NCBI GenBank assembly: GCA_004764695.1 | Contig: SMSO01000006.1 | Coordinates: 1,627,859-1,691,858, forward strand | DNA: 64,000 nucleotides | Origin: Schizochytrium sp. TIO01 | Lineage: Eukaryota; Protista; Bigyra: Labyrinthulomycetes | Direction: 5' to 3' | Part shown: positions 10,510-20,985 of the stretch, in pieces | Position numbering within the stretch: the first letter of the stretch is position 1 | Layout of the letters: each line of letters begins with the position of its first letter | Position numbers and translations under genes: made by a program | Notes under the pieces: model-generated | The model's database searches: none | What the model was told of the DNA's origin: nothing | Seen by the model: only the letters and a program-made list of their open reading frames with translations

Positions 10510-11967
10510 ATGCTCTCACGTAGCCTCGCTGCAAGCGTCTCGCGCTCAGGCCATGCTGTGAGCCATGGCGCTGCACAGCGGACTTTAACAAACTCTGCAA
10601 GCTCTGCACGAGGTGCTGCAGAGCGCGTTAGAGACGTTTTGAAGTCTCCTAAGTCGAAGGATGGCGAAGGTACACGTGTCCAGGGATGGGTCAAATCTGT
10701 GCGCAAGCAGAAAAAGGTGAGCTTTGTAGAGGTGAGCGATGGGTCGTCATGGAATACAGTGCAAGTGGTAGTGCCTTCTAGCGATTTGCCTGTAAACATC
10801 GCAACTGGAGCTAGTGTAGACGTTAGTGGAAAACTGCAACGAAGCCCCCGTGGTCAGATCGAGATTTCTGATGCTGTCGTGGAGGTGGTTGGCGCGTGCG
10901 ATGCCCCGAACTACCCTCTCCAGAAGAAGTACCACTCCGTAGAGTTCATGCGCGATGTCATGCACCTCAGACCGAGATCTAACCTAATGGGAGCTGTACT
11001 GCGTATTCGTAGCCGTGCAAGCTTGGAAATTCACAAGTTTTTTGCGGACAGAGACTTTACACAGATCCACACACCAGTCCTTACCTCGATTGACTGCGAG
11101 GGCGCAGGAGACATGTTTCCAGTGGACCAGGGTGAACTCGCGGCTGAGGGTGACCCGAAGACCTACCTGACCGTGTCTGGACAGCTCCATCTTGAGCCCT
11201 TTGCTTGTGCGCTGTCCAAGGTCTACACATTTGGTCCCGCTTTCCGTGCAGAGAACTCACACACTGCCAAACATTTGAGTGAGTTCTGGATGCTTGAGCC
11301 TGAAGTAGCCTTCCACGATCTCGATGCTTCGATGGAGCTCGCAGAAAGCTGTGTAAAGCATGTACTAAACGAAGTCACCGACAAGCATGCTAGCGACCTT
11401 GAACACCTCTTTGCACTACAGGATGACAAGCGCGAAGAGTCTGGCACTAATCGTCTCAATGACCTCCTCCGGGCCAGGGATAAGCCCTTTGTGCAGATGA
11501 CCTACGATGAGTGCATCGATGTGCTTGAGCGATCTGGAGCGTTCTTTGTCGAGCCCGTGGAGCGTGGCATGGATCTCCAGACAGAGCACGAACGTTTTAT
11601 TGTAGAAAAGCACTGCCAGGGCCACCCCGTGTTTGTCACAGACTACCCCACCGATCTTAAGGCTTTCTATATGAAGCCGAGAGCTGATAATCCTTCCCGT
11701 GTTCGGTGCTTTGATCTTCTTGTACCACGTATTGGTGAGCTCATCGGTGGCTCCGAGCGCGAGGATGACTATGACCGTCTGATGGCTCGCGTCGAGCCCG
11801 GGGCTGTCCAAAGCCTTCAGTGGTACCTCGATCTCCGTCGTTTTGGAAGTGTTCCGCATGCAGGTTGGGGTCTTGGTTTTGAGCGTCTGGTGCAATTTAC
11901 AACTGGTGTCTCCAACATTCGTGAGACCGCGCCTATGCCGCGTTGGGCTGGCTCCGTCACCTATTAA
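10510..11967 (+). CDS. NARS2: Asparaginyl-tRNA synthetase, probably mitochondrial
   Basis: OB-fold start (VQGWVKSVRKQKKVSFVEVSDGS), YLTVSGQLHLE, motif 2 FGPAFRAENSHTAKHLSEFWMLEPE, GELIGGSERE, motif 3 PHAGWGLGFERL. First ATG is at 10510 and gives an Arg/Ser/Ala-rich presequence (MLSRSLAASVSRS); the track's GTG start at 10456 is unlikely. Confidence 0.93.
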   Translation: MLSRSLAASVSRSGHAVSHGAAQRTLTNSASSARGAAERVRDVLKSPKSKDGEGTRVQGWVKSVRKQKKVSFVEVSDGSSWNTVQVVVPSSDLPVNIATGASVDVSGKLQRSPRGQIEISDAVVEVVGACDAPNYPLQKKYHSVEFMRDVMHLRPRSNLMGAVLRIRSRASLEIHKFFADRDFTQIHTPVLTSIDCEGAGDMFPVDQGELAAEGDPKTYLTVSGQLHLEPFACALSKVYTFGPAFRAENSHTAKHLSEFWMLEPEVAFHDLDASMELAESCVKHVLNEVTDKHASDLEHLFALQDDKREESGTNRLNDLLRARDKPFVQMTYDECIDVLERSGAFFVEPVERGMDLQTEHERFIVEKHCQGHPVFVTDYPTDLKAFYMKPRADNPSRVRCFDLLVPRIGELIGGSEREDDYDRLMARVEPGAVQSLQWYLDLRRFGSVPHAGWGLGFERLVQFTTGVSNIRETAPMPRWAGSVTY

Positions 11968-12439
11968 CTGATTCAAGATGCATAAATTTTTGTTTCCCCC
12001 CTTGTTTATTTATCATGAGTTTTCACAACTTTGCAGGTAGCGAGACAAGCATGATCATCCAGGGTATAAAACCCAATGATTCTGTAGAACATAGTTATTT
12101 ATACCAGGCGATGAACGTGCAAGGTAGCATCTAGGGAAAGAGATGTGTGCATCAGCAACATTGACGTCCGAAAGTCGCTTTTCCTTTTAATGGAGATTAT
12201 TGTACCAAGCCCCTTGATCGGTGTTAGTAAACTTCACCCCATATTATTAATACTTAATCGCCCATTGTTTTTATTTAATTTGTTTAAAACTTGCTACACA
12301 TCAATTCACTGATGTGCCAGAAGTAAGTTAAACAGGAAAAGGGGGACATGTCTATTTCGTTAAAGCAACCACACAGAGACGATCGTTATGAATATCACCA
12401 AGAGAAAATGTAATCTTTGACGTTATGATTTCTACTCAA

Positions 12440-15400
12440 TCATTTTTGTTGTTGTTGCGATTGCTGCTGCTGCTGCTGAGGTTGCTGCATTGGCGGGCCT
12501 CCCATGTAGGGAGGGGGGTACCCATATCCGTATGGCATTGGGTAGCCTTGGGGAGGCGGCATCATATGCTGCTGATGTTGCTCAGGCTGCTTAGGCTTGT
12601 AGTCCTTGCCAGCAGCCTTTGTCGCGCGCTTAAAGAGCTCCTCGATGGTGTCTTCAGACTGCTGCGGCTGCGGCGGCTGCTGCTGAGGTGCAGGCGCAGG
12701 TTGTTGTGAAGCGAAGTCCATAGGGCTGGCAAGCTGGGGCTTGCTGTTTTGCCAGGCAGTTTGTTGAGGTTGCTGTTGCTGAGGCGCAGATGCTTGAGCA
12801 GTATTATTGTTGTCTTTGGCGGCAGGCTGTTTCTTAGGTTGTTGGGTTTGCGGATGTGTTGGAGCGGCGTCAGGCTGTGCCATTGCAGGTTCGGTTTGCT
12901 GCTTCTGCTTCTTGGCCTTCCGAGCTGCACGTTTATCCTTATTTGCCTTCTGCAGCTGGAGCCAGTAGTCAGCCAGATCTTCCGGAGTCTCTGTAGATCC
13001 ATGAGCCGAAGAAGCCGAAGCTCCAGTGAGAACCGCAAAAGGGTCCTCATTGTCTACCTCCATGTCTTCCTGAGGTTGATGTTGGTCTTGCTCAGCAGGA
13101 TTTCCAACTGGCGCAGGAGGCACCACGAACCTCGATGACTGAGCGTTTTGAGGAGCTGACGTCTGTTTAGCCGCCTTAGCCTGAGCCTTCTTACTCTTGC
13201 CCACCTGCCGTTCATGAGCCGGGGTAGACGTAGCAGCGTTCGACTTGGGCTGCTGAGACTGCGTAGCACCAACATTGCTCTGGTTACTTTTCTGCTCCTT
13301 TCCAGGTGCTTGAGCCTTTTCTGCAGGTCGACCACGACCCGGTACGAGAGGGTTGCGTTTAGTCAAGTTCAGGAGCTGCGCCCACGGTAAGAGCTTGCCG
13401 CGATTCTGACCACAAGCTCCGTAAAGACTAGTGCCACCAATGAACTCTTCATCAAAGACGACTTCCACGCACCCTGTGGAGGCGTGCGTCGCGACCACGG
13501 TACCTGTGAGGCCAAAAGGAACAACAGGACTTCCCATGTTGGCCACGCGATCACCAAGATTTGGTGGGAAGTTTGCGGTCGGAGAGCGAGACCACTCAGC
13601 CTCAATATCAGCACCATTTTTGTAGATTACCTCAGGGCTCATCTTGATGACGACCTTGGCCCCATTGTTCCCTGAGGCTAAGATACTCTTGCGTACATCA
13701 TCAGAAGCACTCTGGACAGCCTTGATAGCATCGCGAGACATGGTTTTACTAGTCGTCGGGACGAGCGGCAGACGAAATGTATCAATCTGCTCAAGCCACT
13801 TGCAAACTTGGTCAAGCACGCGACGACCTTGGTCACCAGACCCAAAGATGGAGGAGATAGTGTACTCAACGGTACTCGGGTTGCTCTGAAGAGCCTTGAA
13901 GACTTCGGGAAACTTCTTTTGGTATGCAGCAACAAGCTCCAGAGCACGAGGAGAGTATTCCCACCCTCCACTGACACCAGAGGCACTGCGGTTGTTGTTC
14001 ACCTCTTGCCGCTCCTCGGGGTCGAGACCAGAAATCACAGTGACACTCTCGCCAGTACTCCACGCTGCTTTGGAATTATCCTGGGCCTTTGCTCGCGCAT
14101 ATCCAGGAATGACGTAGGACCGGCCAACCTTGAGGTTGAGACCAATATCGTAATGCCCAGGGCGAACAAGAACTGATCCAGTGATTTTACCAAGCGTGCC
14201 GGAATCAATGTTGAAGGTTCGTGCAGCCTTGATGGCCGGAACGTACTTGTCGACAAGAGACTTAGCAATTGTAGTTCCAAATGGAGGGATTTGCGGTGAC
14301 ATTTTATCGAACTCGGCCTTCACCATGCCACCCTCATGACCAACAACCTTGCCAACCATACCATAGCCAGCCTTTTGGAGGCTCATGACCATGGTGTGCT
14401 GCGGGAAGCGCTGTTCTACCGGAGGAGGAGGCTTGGACATGAAGCGTGGGTCTGGAGCCTCATTTTTGTAGCAGACAAGCTGGTAGGGTACCCAGGTCTC
14501 CACGTCGGAATATACCTGCGAAGCGGCGCCAGTTGCCTGATCCACGTTCATGCCTTGCAACGGACGAACCTTAAGCATGCAAACGACTTCACCAATCTCC
14601 ATACCACCCGTGCCTACTTGGCGAGCACCACGCAGGGCACGATCTTGGGCAACCTCTGCAAGCCGGAGAAAGTTGTCCGAATCTGTTTCCGTTTGCACGT
14701 CTTTGCGGAAACCAAACCGACGCTTCTTCTCCTCGTGGAGACTAAAGATGTGCACGTCATCAGCCACAGCAACCACTTGCGCCTCACGCATGTTTGGGTA
14801 GTCAACAAAAACTGTGAGACGATCCTTGCGAGAATCCTGCAGTTTTTGCAATACACGAACAAGAGCAGACGCAATGCTTGAGCTGTCATCATCATCGTCC
14901 ACCTTATTGACAATATCATCAACAAGACTGCGGTTGCTGCCACTTGAAACATTGTCCACGCCGAGCGCCATGATGGACGGTGTGCGAATGTTGACAATCA
15001 TAGATTCCTTGCGGGACTCACGGTTGAATACACAAACACCAGCCTTAAGAAGCTCGGCAGGACGTGAAGCTAGCAAGGTGAGCGAAGTGCAAACCTGCGG
15101 ATCACCGGGATATTTACCATCGCCAACGACGCCAGGGAGCAAATTCGGGTCGAATGATTCCATGGGAGGTAGGGCAAAGCGGCGTGCCGTACTTTGGCAA
15201 ACCTCGATATCTGGCAAGCCAGCACTGGGGAAACTTGACGGCACCGTGCTGGTGTTGGATGCATCAGCTTCGAAAATGATCTCATGACCAAAGGTGTTGC
15301 GCTTAAGTTCTGCTTCAGAGAGCTTTTCTTCTGGACAGTGATCATTGACGGCCTTCATGAGCTTCTTCTCATCAATGAATGGAAGTAAATTGACACCTTC

Positions 15401-17080
15401 CCAAGGGTTCCGTTTGCCATTCATATCAACACGAAAGGTGCGAGGGTAAAATTCGGCCAAGGGTGAGGTAGTCAGGGTCATGAGCTCACGGTAACACTCC
15501 GGAAGGAACTTGGCCGAGTCTGAGGGCAAGCAGCTAAGAAGCTGCATAAAAGGCTTGAACGGCTGCCCTTTCTGGAGAGTAACCTTGATGTTCGCTAGGT
15601 TGCGCATATCTGAGGCGAGTGGCGCATAATGGAATGGAAAGAACCACGTCCAGGACTGTACGCCTTGGTAGTAGTACAAGTAGCACCATTGGATACCTTC
15701 GATATAGGAGCGCACAAGATGGTTAAGAACGCCCCTGTTCTCTTCATCCTCGTCATGCACATCAACGCCAAATTTTTCAGCATAATACTTTTCCTTAAAG
15801 CCACTTTGGTCAGTAATGATGCCCTTTTCTCTGGCAAATTGAGCAAACGGGGCGTCATTGAGGACTTTTTCTGCAGAATCTTCCTCGCCTTCGCTTCCTT
15901 CGTTGCCGTTAGAAAGAGGTTGGGGTGGAGGCGTAGGTGCGTAGCGATGTTGACGGCGCTGCTCGCGCTCCATGTCGCGCACACGCTGGGTAAACACTTG
16001 CTCCTCTCGGTTACCAATGGTTTGCAAAATCTTTTCAAGTCGGTCAAAGTGCACAAATCCATTCTCAGTGATGTATCCGGACATCTGGGGTAATAAGGTT
16101 TTGTATTGTTGCATGAGGTCATCGAGGCCACCATCAGCAATAGAAAGTGATGGCAGGTGGGGCAAGAAATCATTACCTACTAGCATGATAAGGAGGACCC
16201 AATCGTCAATAACACGTTCCAGATCATATCCAAAGCCGAGATTCAGGGTAGAGAACTCCAAATGTAAATACTGGCGAAGTGCAGAGAGGTGCAGGAGCTC
16301 CCATTTATCCTGCTCCACCTGCTTCTTGATTTCCTTGGTCGTTTGGGATCCACCCTTTTTGCCACCACGGCCGCCAGTGAAGTCTACCTCCTCGCGCAAG
16401 AGAACGAAGTGGGGTTCGTGAGACGCAAGACCAAGCATAATCAGATCAGCATCAAGACCGCAAAGACAGTGGCGAGTGTTTGGGTCGTAGTCGGGTTGCA
16501 TTCGAGTGTGGCGAATGTAATCCATGATCTTGTGCTCACCTTCACCAGGGACATCGTGGCCAGAGTAAATGACCTTTAATTTGCGCCATCTTGGGTCCTC
16601 CTTAATCTTGAGACGCACAAAGTACTGGAAATGACGGCTCACCTCTGCCATGAATTCTGTGCCAGGGGTAATGCAGTTGGAATCGAATTGGTCGCGCATC
16701 TCCTCCTCGGTGATGGCGCCTTCGCGGAGTGCCTTCTCGAGACCTTCGCGGCGGTCGCGTGCGCTGGCAAAGCGGCGGGATCGCTGCTGGTTCATTTTGG
16801 CACGGGGTGCACAGCCATCAACGGCGAGCACCACAACCTTTTGCGGGTTCACAATGTGCACCATACGGTCCACATAGGAAAACATGCCCAAGACCATATC
16901 CTTCATGGAGATTTTGTCTGAGACATCTTCGTCATTCGGGTGAGTGCAGTTGTGGATAATACCGTTCATATCCAGATACATATTGTCCACCTCGGCTAGG
17001 AATTGAGTGTCCTTGCCAATTTTCTGGTTAATGAGCGGGTACCGCTCACTAACCCATCGGTAAAACTTGGGAACGCCCAT
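12440..17080 (-). CDS. XRN1: 5'-3' exoribonuclease 1 (1546 aa)
   Basis: MGVPKFYRW, NMYLDMNGIIH, DGCAPRAKMNQQRSRRF, FDSNCITPGTEFM, VPGEGEHKIMDYIR, GLDADLIML, GNDFLPHLP. The C-terminal SH3-like segment (LGDRVANM...VPFGLTGTVV) and overall length fit XRN1 rather than XRN2. Q/P-rich tail. Confidence 0.95.
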   Translation of the reverse strand: MGVPKFYRWVSERYPLINQKIGKDTQFLAEVDNMYLDMNGIIHNCTHPNDEDVSDKISMKDMVLGMFSYVDRMVHIVNPQKVVVLAVDGCAPRAKMNQQRSRRFASARDRREGLEKALREGAITEEEMRDQFDSNCITPGTEFMAEVSRHFQYFVRLKIKEDPRWRKLKVIYSGHDVPGEGEHKIMDYIRHTRMQPDYDPNTRHCLCGLDADLIMLGLASHEPHFVLLREEVDFTGGRGGKKGGSQTTKEIKKQVEQDKWELLHLSALRQYLHLEFSTLNLGFGYDLERVIDDWVLLIMLVGNDFLPHLPSLSIADGGLDDLMQQYKTLLPQMSGYITENGFVHFDRLEKILQTIGNREEQVFTQRVRDMEREQRRQHRYAPTPPPQPLSNGNEGSEGEEDSAEKVLNDAPFAQFAREKGIITDQSGFKEKYYAEKFGVDVHDEDEENRGVLNHLVRSYIEGIQWCYLYYYQGVQSWTWFFPFHYAPLASDMRNLANIKVTLQKGQPFKPFMQLLSCLPSDSAKFLPECYRELMTLTTSPLAEFYPRTFRVDMNGKRNPWEGVNLLPFIDEKKLMKAVNDHCPEEKLSEAELKRNTFGHEIIFEADASNTSTVPSSFPSAGLPDIEVCQSTARRFALPPMESFDPNLLPGVVGDGKYPGDPQVCTSLTLLASRPAELLKAGVCVFNRESRKESMIVNIRTPSIMALGVDNVSSGSNRSLVDDIVNKVDDDDDSSSIASALVRVLQKLQDSRKDRLTVFVDYPNMREAQVVAVADDVHIFSLHEEKKRRFGFRKDVQTETDSDNFLRLAEVAQDRALRGARQVGTGGMEIGEVVCMLKVRPLQGMNVDQATGAASQVYSDVETWVPYQLVCYKNEAPDPRFMSKPPPPVEQRFPQHTMVMSLQKAGYGMVGKVVGHEGGMVKAEFDKMSPQIPPFGTTIAKSLVDKYVPAIKAARTFNIDSGTLGKITGSVLVRPGHYDIGLNLKVGRSYVIPGYARAKAQDNSKAAWSTGESVTVISGLDPEERQEVNNNRSASGVSGGWEYSPRALELVAAYQKKFPEVFKALQSNPSTVEYTISSIFGSGDQGRRVLDQVCKWLEQIDTFRLPLVPTTSKTMSRDAIKAVQSASDDVRKSILASGNNGAKVVIKMSPEVIYKNGADIEAEWSRSPTANFPPNLGDRVANMGSPVVPFGLTGTVVATHASTGCVEVVFDEEFIGGTSLYGACGQNRGKLLPWAQLLNLTKRNPLVPGRGRPAEKAQAPGKEQKSNQSNVGATQSQQPKSNAATSTPAHERQVGKSKKAQAKAAKQTSAPQNAQSSRFVVPPAPVGNPAEQDQHQPQEDMEVDNEDPFAVLTGASASSAHGSTETPEDLADYWLQLQKANKDKRAARKAKKQKQQTEPAMAQPDAAPTHPQTQQPKKQPAAKDNNNTAQASAPQQQQPQQTAWQNSKPQLASPMDFASQQPAPAPQQQPPQPQQSEDTIEELFKRATKAAGKDYKPKQPEQHQQHMMPPPQGYPMPYGYGYPPPYMGGPPMQQPQQQQQQSQQQQK

Positions 17081-18589
17081 GTTGCCTGTTTCAACAAAGG
17101 ATTTCTTTCTCCTCTCCTTTTATATCTAGTAGCAGTCCTGTTTTTTTGAAGGCCTCGGTCAAATTTATGAATTTCACACACGTATCGTGTTTCAGACGCG
17201 ACGCTTTGTGTCGAAATGAAAACAGCTCACGGTCGAAAAATGACAAACAGTTCAATCGGCGTAGCGCAATACTTACACCCCGTCGTCGTATGCGATCCAA
17301 GGATGGGTTTAATCTGACACGACTGGGCACGCCAGATTTGATCGATATCTGCGTGAAAGTATATATATATACTTACAATATATATATAAAGAGAGATATG
17401 CACAAAGGCAGAAAGCCGGGCTAGACAAGCGTCCAAACAAGCCCGAAAAAAGCACGCAGCTTTTTCAAGCCAGATAGGTCTACTCGAGCCTCCCTCAGCT
17501 TCTGCAGGTGACCTCGAGGCCTCTATCCACGGCCCCTTTGGAGCCTGCTTCGCCAAGCTTCTCTATTACCTTCCCTATCTATATCAAAGGGTAAAAGATG
17601 CGCAGGCTTCTTCTGCAGGCAGCGCCAATGCGTGAGGGCGAGTCCGATCCAAGGCGGGCGGCTTGGGGCGGCTCACTGATCAGAGCGGATACCAGGAGGC
17701 GGTTGAGCGTGCGTATGCTTTCCGTGCGCGCTCCGGCGGCGGCGAACGTCTCTGCTCGCGGCGGCGGCGGCGCCGACTCTCGTCTGTGTCTGCTTTCTTT
17801 CTTCTGCTTCCTTTCCTTATTATCTCTATCATTTTTAATTCTCTCTTTCTTTCCTTTTCTCTCAACCGCCCTTGTTCCATCAACGTTCCTCCTCCGTTCC
17901 ACTATTACACAGATAGCGTTTACTGATAGAACTAGCTTAGCGGTGGGGAGGGAAAAATGGGGATTTTGGACGCCAATAGGATATGGCTAGTATAAATGAT
18001 AAGAGTGCAGCGGTGTTCATGTATCTTTTGGCAGATTTTGGGACGCCGTATTTTAATGTCAATGCTGGATAGTGTTACGGTAAATGGTAGAAGGCAAGAG
18101 TGGGAGTGGATCCTAGAGAAGGGCTAGGTTTTGGGTAGAGTAGCTATTCAACATGGGCAGTGCCTAATCAGATCAGATTAGGTACTACAAGGAGTAGTGG
18201 TAGTAGCATTCGATTGCGTTGCATTGTAGAAGCATCTTGTGTTGTCAAGGTCAGGGAATCTGGATGTTGAGAGGCGTCGTGCAGAGATGGGGGCCCGATA
18301 ATTAGGATGCTTTTGAGAGGAAGTAATATCTTGGTATTTTACTTTAGAAGAATAAACTTAATGTTTGGGGAGTTTATGTATATGAGGTGAATTTATATAC
18401 TCTACATCATACATACATACAAATGCGCAAGGTCGTGTGTGGGGATAGGTGCATACTGAGGACGGTGCTGATTGTAAGGTTGGAGGTAAAAACATCCTGT
18501 TGTTATCGATGTTTGCGCAGAGATGGTATCAGAATTTTCTTTCTGAGTACACTCAGACCTAACTTGAACAGGGATCTTCAGTTCTAACA

Positions 18590-20314
18590 TCATTTTGCAG
18601 TAGCCATCTCTTTCACAAGTTTGGCATACGTCTGCGTATGAATGCGCAAATCACGTCCTGCAAAGACACGAATTTCTTGCGCAAGGGCAATTACGGGTTC
18701 GGCAAGAGGCTGCAAACGAAGAGACTGGAGCTTCTTGAGTTGCTCGTCAGCGTTTGTCTGGTCAGGACGAGGCACTACGAGGCCAATTAAGACCGCACGC
18801 AAACGCTCATTGATAATTTTGTAGGTTGCATCCGATGTCACAAAGCCTGCGGGAGGATGTACACATTTCTGCAAAAGATCTCGCAGGGTTTCCTCTTCGC
18901 GCTCATGCAAAGTTGCACCATCACGGATCTCTGCAATGACGGCCTCGGTCAGTTTTTTCGCAACAGACTCACGCTGACGGTGAATCAACTTGGTCTTTCC
19001 TTGAATACCTCCATCTTCCGGTTTGTTTTCGCTAACTACCTCAAGCTGATTTCCAAGCTTCTGGCCAAGAATCTCGCTAACTTTGTTCATAATCTCGGGG
19101 GTTACGTCAGGAACTATTTGACGAATACGAAGTGCCGCAAAGGCAATCCGCCAAATGGCTTGGCCACGGTGCACAAAATCTTCCAAAGTGCTACGCTCTT
19201 CTGCCATCGTTTCGGGAAGGGCAATGGCCACTGGCCCAGTGCCACGGAAGACCATGGCTGGGTCACAACGCTCGAGTTCATGCTTGCCTCCCGGGAGAAC
19301 CATTTCGAGAATACCCCGGCGCAAATGTACAGGCAGGGAGTCCTTGTCATTGTCACTCACAACGCCACTGATATCGATTGAATAGGCATCGTTGACGAAG
19401 CTTCGCGTATGGTCAAGAGTGATTTCTCCTGCGTCTAGGCGCTTTTGGAACTCCTCGCGAAGAAGCTCTGCGCCTTCTTCAGAAACCACAGGGGACATTT
19501 GGCGAAGAAACGCATTGGTGACATCGAGGCGAACTTGTTCAAGCTTTTCGTGACAAAAGTCAAAGAATTCACGCAGGAGCTTGACCTTTGAAGGCAAATC
19601 GCTTGGGTGTTCTTCATCATTTTTATCAAGTTTGATCAGGAAGTCTTTAAGCCATGCGTCCGTCTCGTCACTTCGGGCAGGGGCCTCGAGCATGCGAATG
19701 TATTTTACCACAAACATTGTCAATGGGCGCAAATCCCATTCTGCAATAGATTGCTGCTCAAGCAGCTGCCGTAAAAGGTCGAGGTCGAGCGTGGCGTCTA
19801 ATTCCGCGTGTAAATCCTTCCGGTTAGGAGTGATCGATGCAAGGATTTGCTTAACTTCGTCAATGAGAGCAAACAGTCTCCTGAAGTCCCCACGCTTAAG
19901 GTCCTCTTCAATGATTTTCCACATTGCGTCCTTTGCGGTCTCCATGATAACCTTCTGAAGGTCATCGTCTTTACCTGCCTCCTTTTGGATCTTGTAATTC
20001 GGATCCGCCATGAGTTTACGCATAAGAAATGCCTTAAGCTGATCATTGCTGGCACTTTGTTGCTGCTGTTGCTGCTGTTGCTGCTGTTGAGCGGTATTTG
20101 CAGAATTCGAAGTCGAATTTGCCGAGTTCTCGGCGCCAGATGTAAGTTGTTGTTTCTTCTTTTGTGTGGAAGAAGTTGCTAGCGAAGAAGAGTTTGTTGA
20201 CGCAAGAAGAGCTACAAGTGCACCTCCTGCGACAATCGTTGTGATTGCAGAAGCAGCGGCCACCAGCCAAAATGAGCCCGTGTCACCTTCACCCGAAGAA
20301 CTTCGGCCCTTCAT
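18590..20314 (-). CDS. T-complex protein 11 (TCP11/SOK1)-like protein with N-terminal hydrophobic segment
   Basis: Segment AKDAMWKIIEEDL...LFALIDEVKQILASI...ELDATLDLDLLRQLLEQ and LRRGILEMV...ALPETMAEERSTL resemble the TCP11 family pattern. First in-frame ATG is at 20314 (track uses TTG 20419). Confidence 0.72.
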   Translation of the reverse strand: MKGRSSSGEGDTGSFWLVAAASAITTIVAGGALVALLASTNSSSLATSSTQKKKQQLTSGAENSANSTSNSANTAQQQQQQQQQQQSASNDQLKAFLMRKLMADPNYKIQKEAGKDDDLQKVIMETAKDAMWKIIEEDLKRGDFRRLFALIDEVKQILASITPNRKDLHAELDATLDLDLLRQLLEQQSIAEWDLRPLTMFVVKYIRMLEAPARSDETDAWLKDFLIKLDKNDEEHPSDLPSKVKLLREFFDFCHEKLEQVRLDVTNAFLRQMSPVVSEEGAELLREEFQKRLDAGEITLDHTRSFVNDAYSIDISGVVSDNDKDSLPVHLRRGILEMVLPGGKHELERCDPAMVFRGTGPVAIALPETMAEERSTLEDFVHRGQAIWRIAFAALRIRQIVPDVTPEIMNKVSEILGQKLGNQLEVVSENKPEDGGIQGKTKLIHRQRESVAKKLTEAVIAEIRDGATLHEREEETLRDLLQKCVHPPAGFVTSDATYKIINERLRAVLIGLVVPRPDQTNADEQLKKLQSLRLQPLAEPVIALAQEIRVFAGRDLRIHTQTYAKLVKEMATAK

Positions 20315-20985
20315 AATGCGCAAAACGTTGGGTTTACGCTTTTGATTTGATCCAGACTGAAACGGACTGAACAAGTCCAGAGCAGCGTGATGCCGTTTCG
20401 AGAGGTCTTCGGGGTTCAATATCCCGATACCCTGTTGAATGGAAGAGCTGCCCTCTTGCGAACCGAAGGTTCGAAAGTGGGTTTGCTGCCCAAGGTTCTT
20501 TTCGTTTCTTTGAAATAATCAAAAAATCGTTTACTTCTTTCTTCCCCTTCGAGAAAACTCTTAAAATGGGTTCTGCAGATTACTATAGAAGTCACGAAGA
20601 ACTTGGTGATAATAGGTAATACGTAGGTAGTTCTACTCGGGTTCCCACAGACGTTGTGATGATTTTGATTATTACATAACGCACAAAGAATGTGAGGGAA
20701 AGTTTAAGAATCAGAGTATTTGCAGTATTCTATCGGCGATTGTGAACATTCACACGAGAGGAAGAGTAGAAGGTAGTTCGGTATCCCCCTGATTCAAAAA
20801 ATAGTAAATTGATTAGGTTATAACAACAGACGACAAAATGGATTGCAAAGACGAGAAGGAGGGCTTGATGCCATTTTATTGAAGATAAAAAGAATACCAT
20901 GCTATTCGCAGTTTCCCATTCTAAAATTGAAGAGCGACGGGAAAATATCCTTCAAGATCTCCAGTTTCCAATTCTTCTTACGCAA

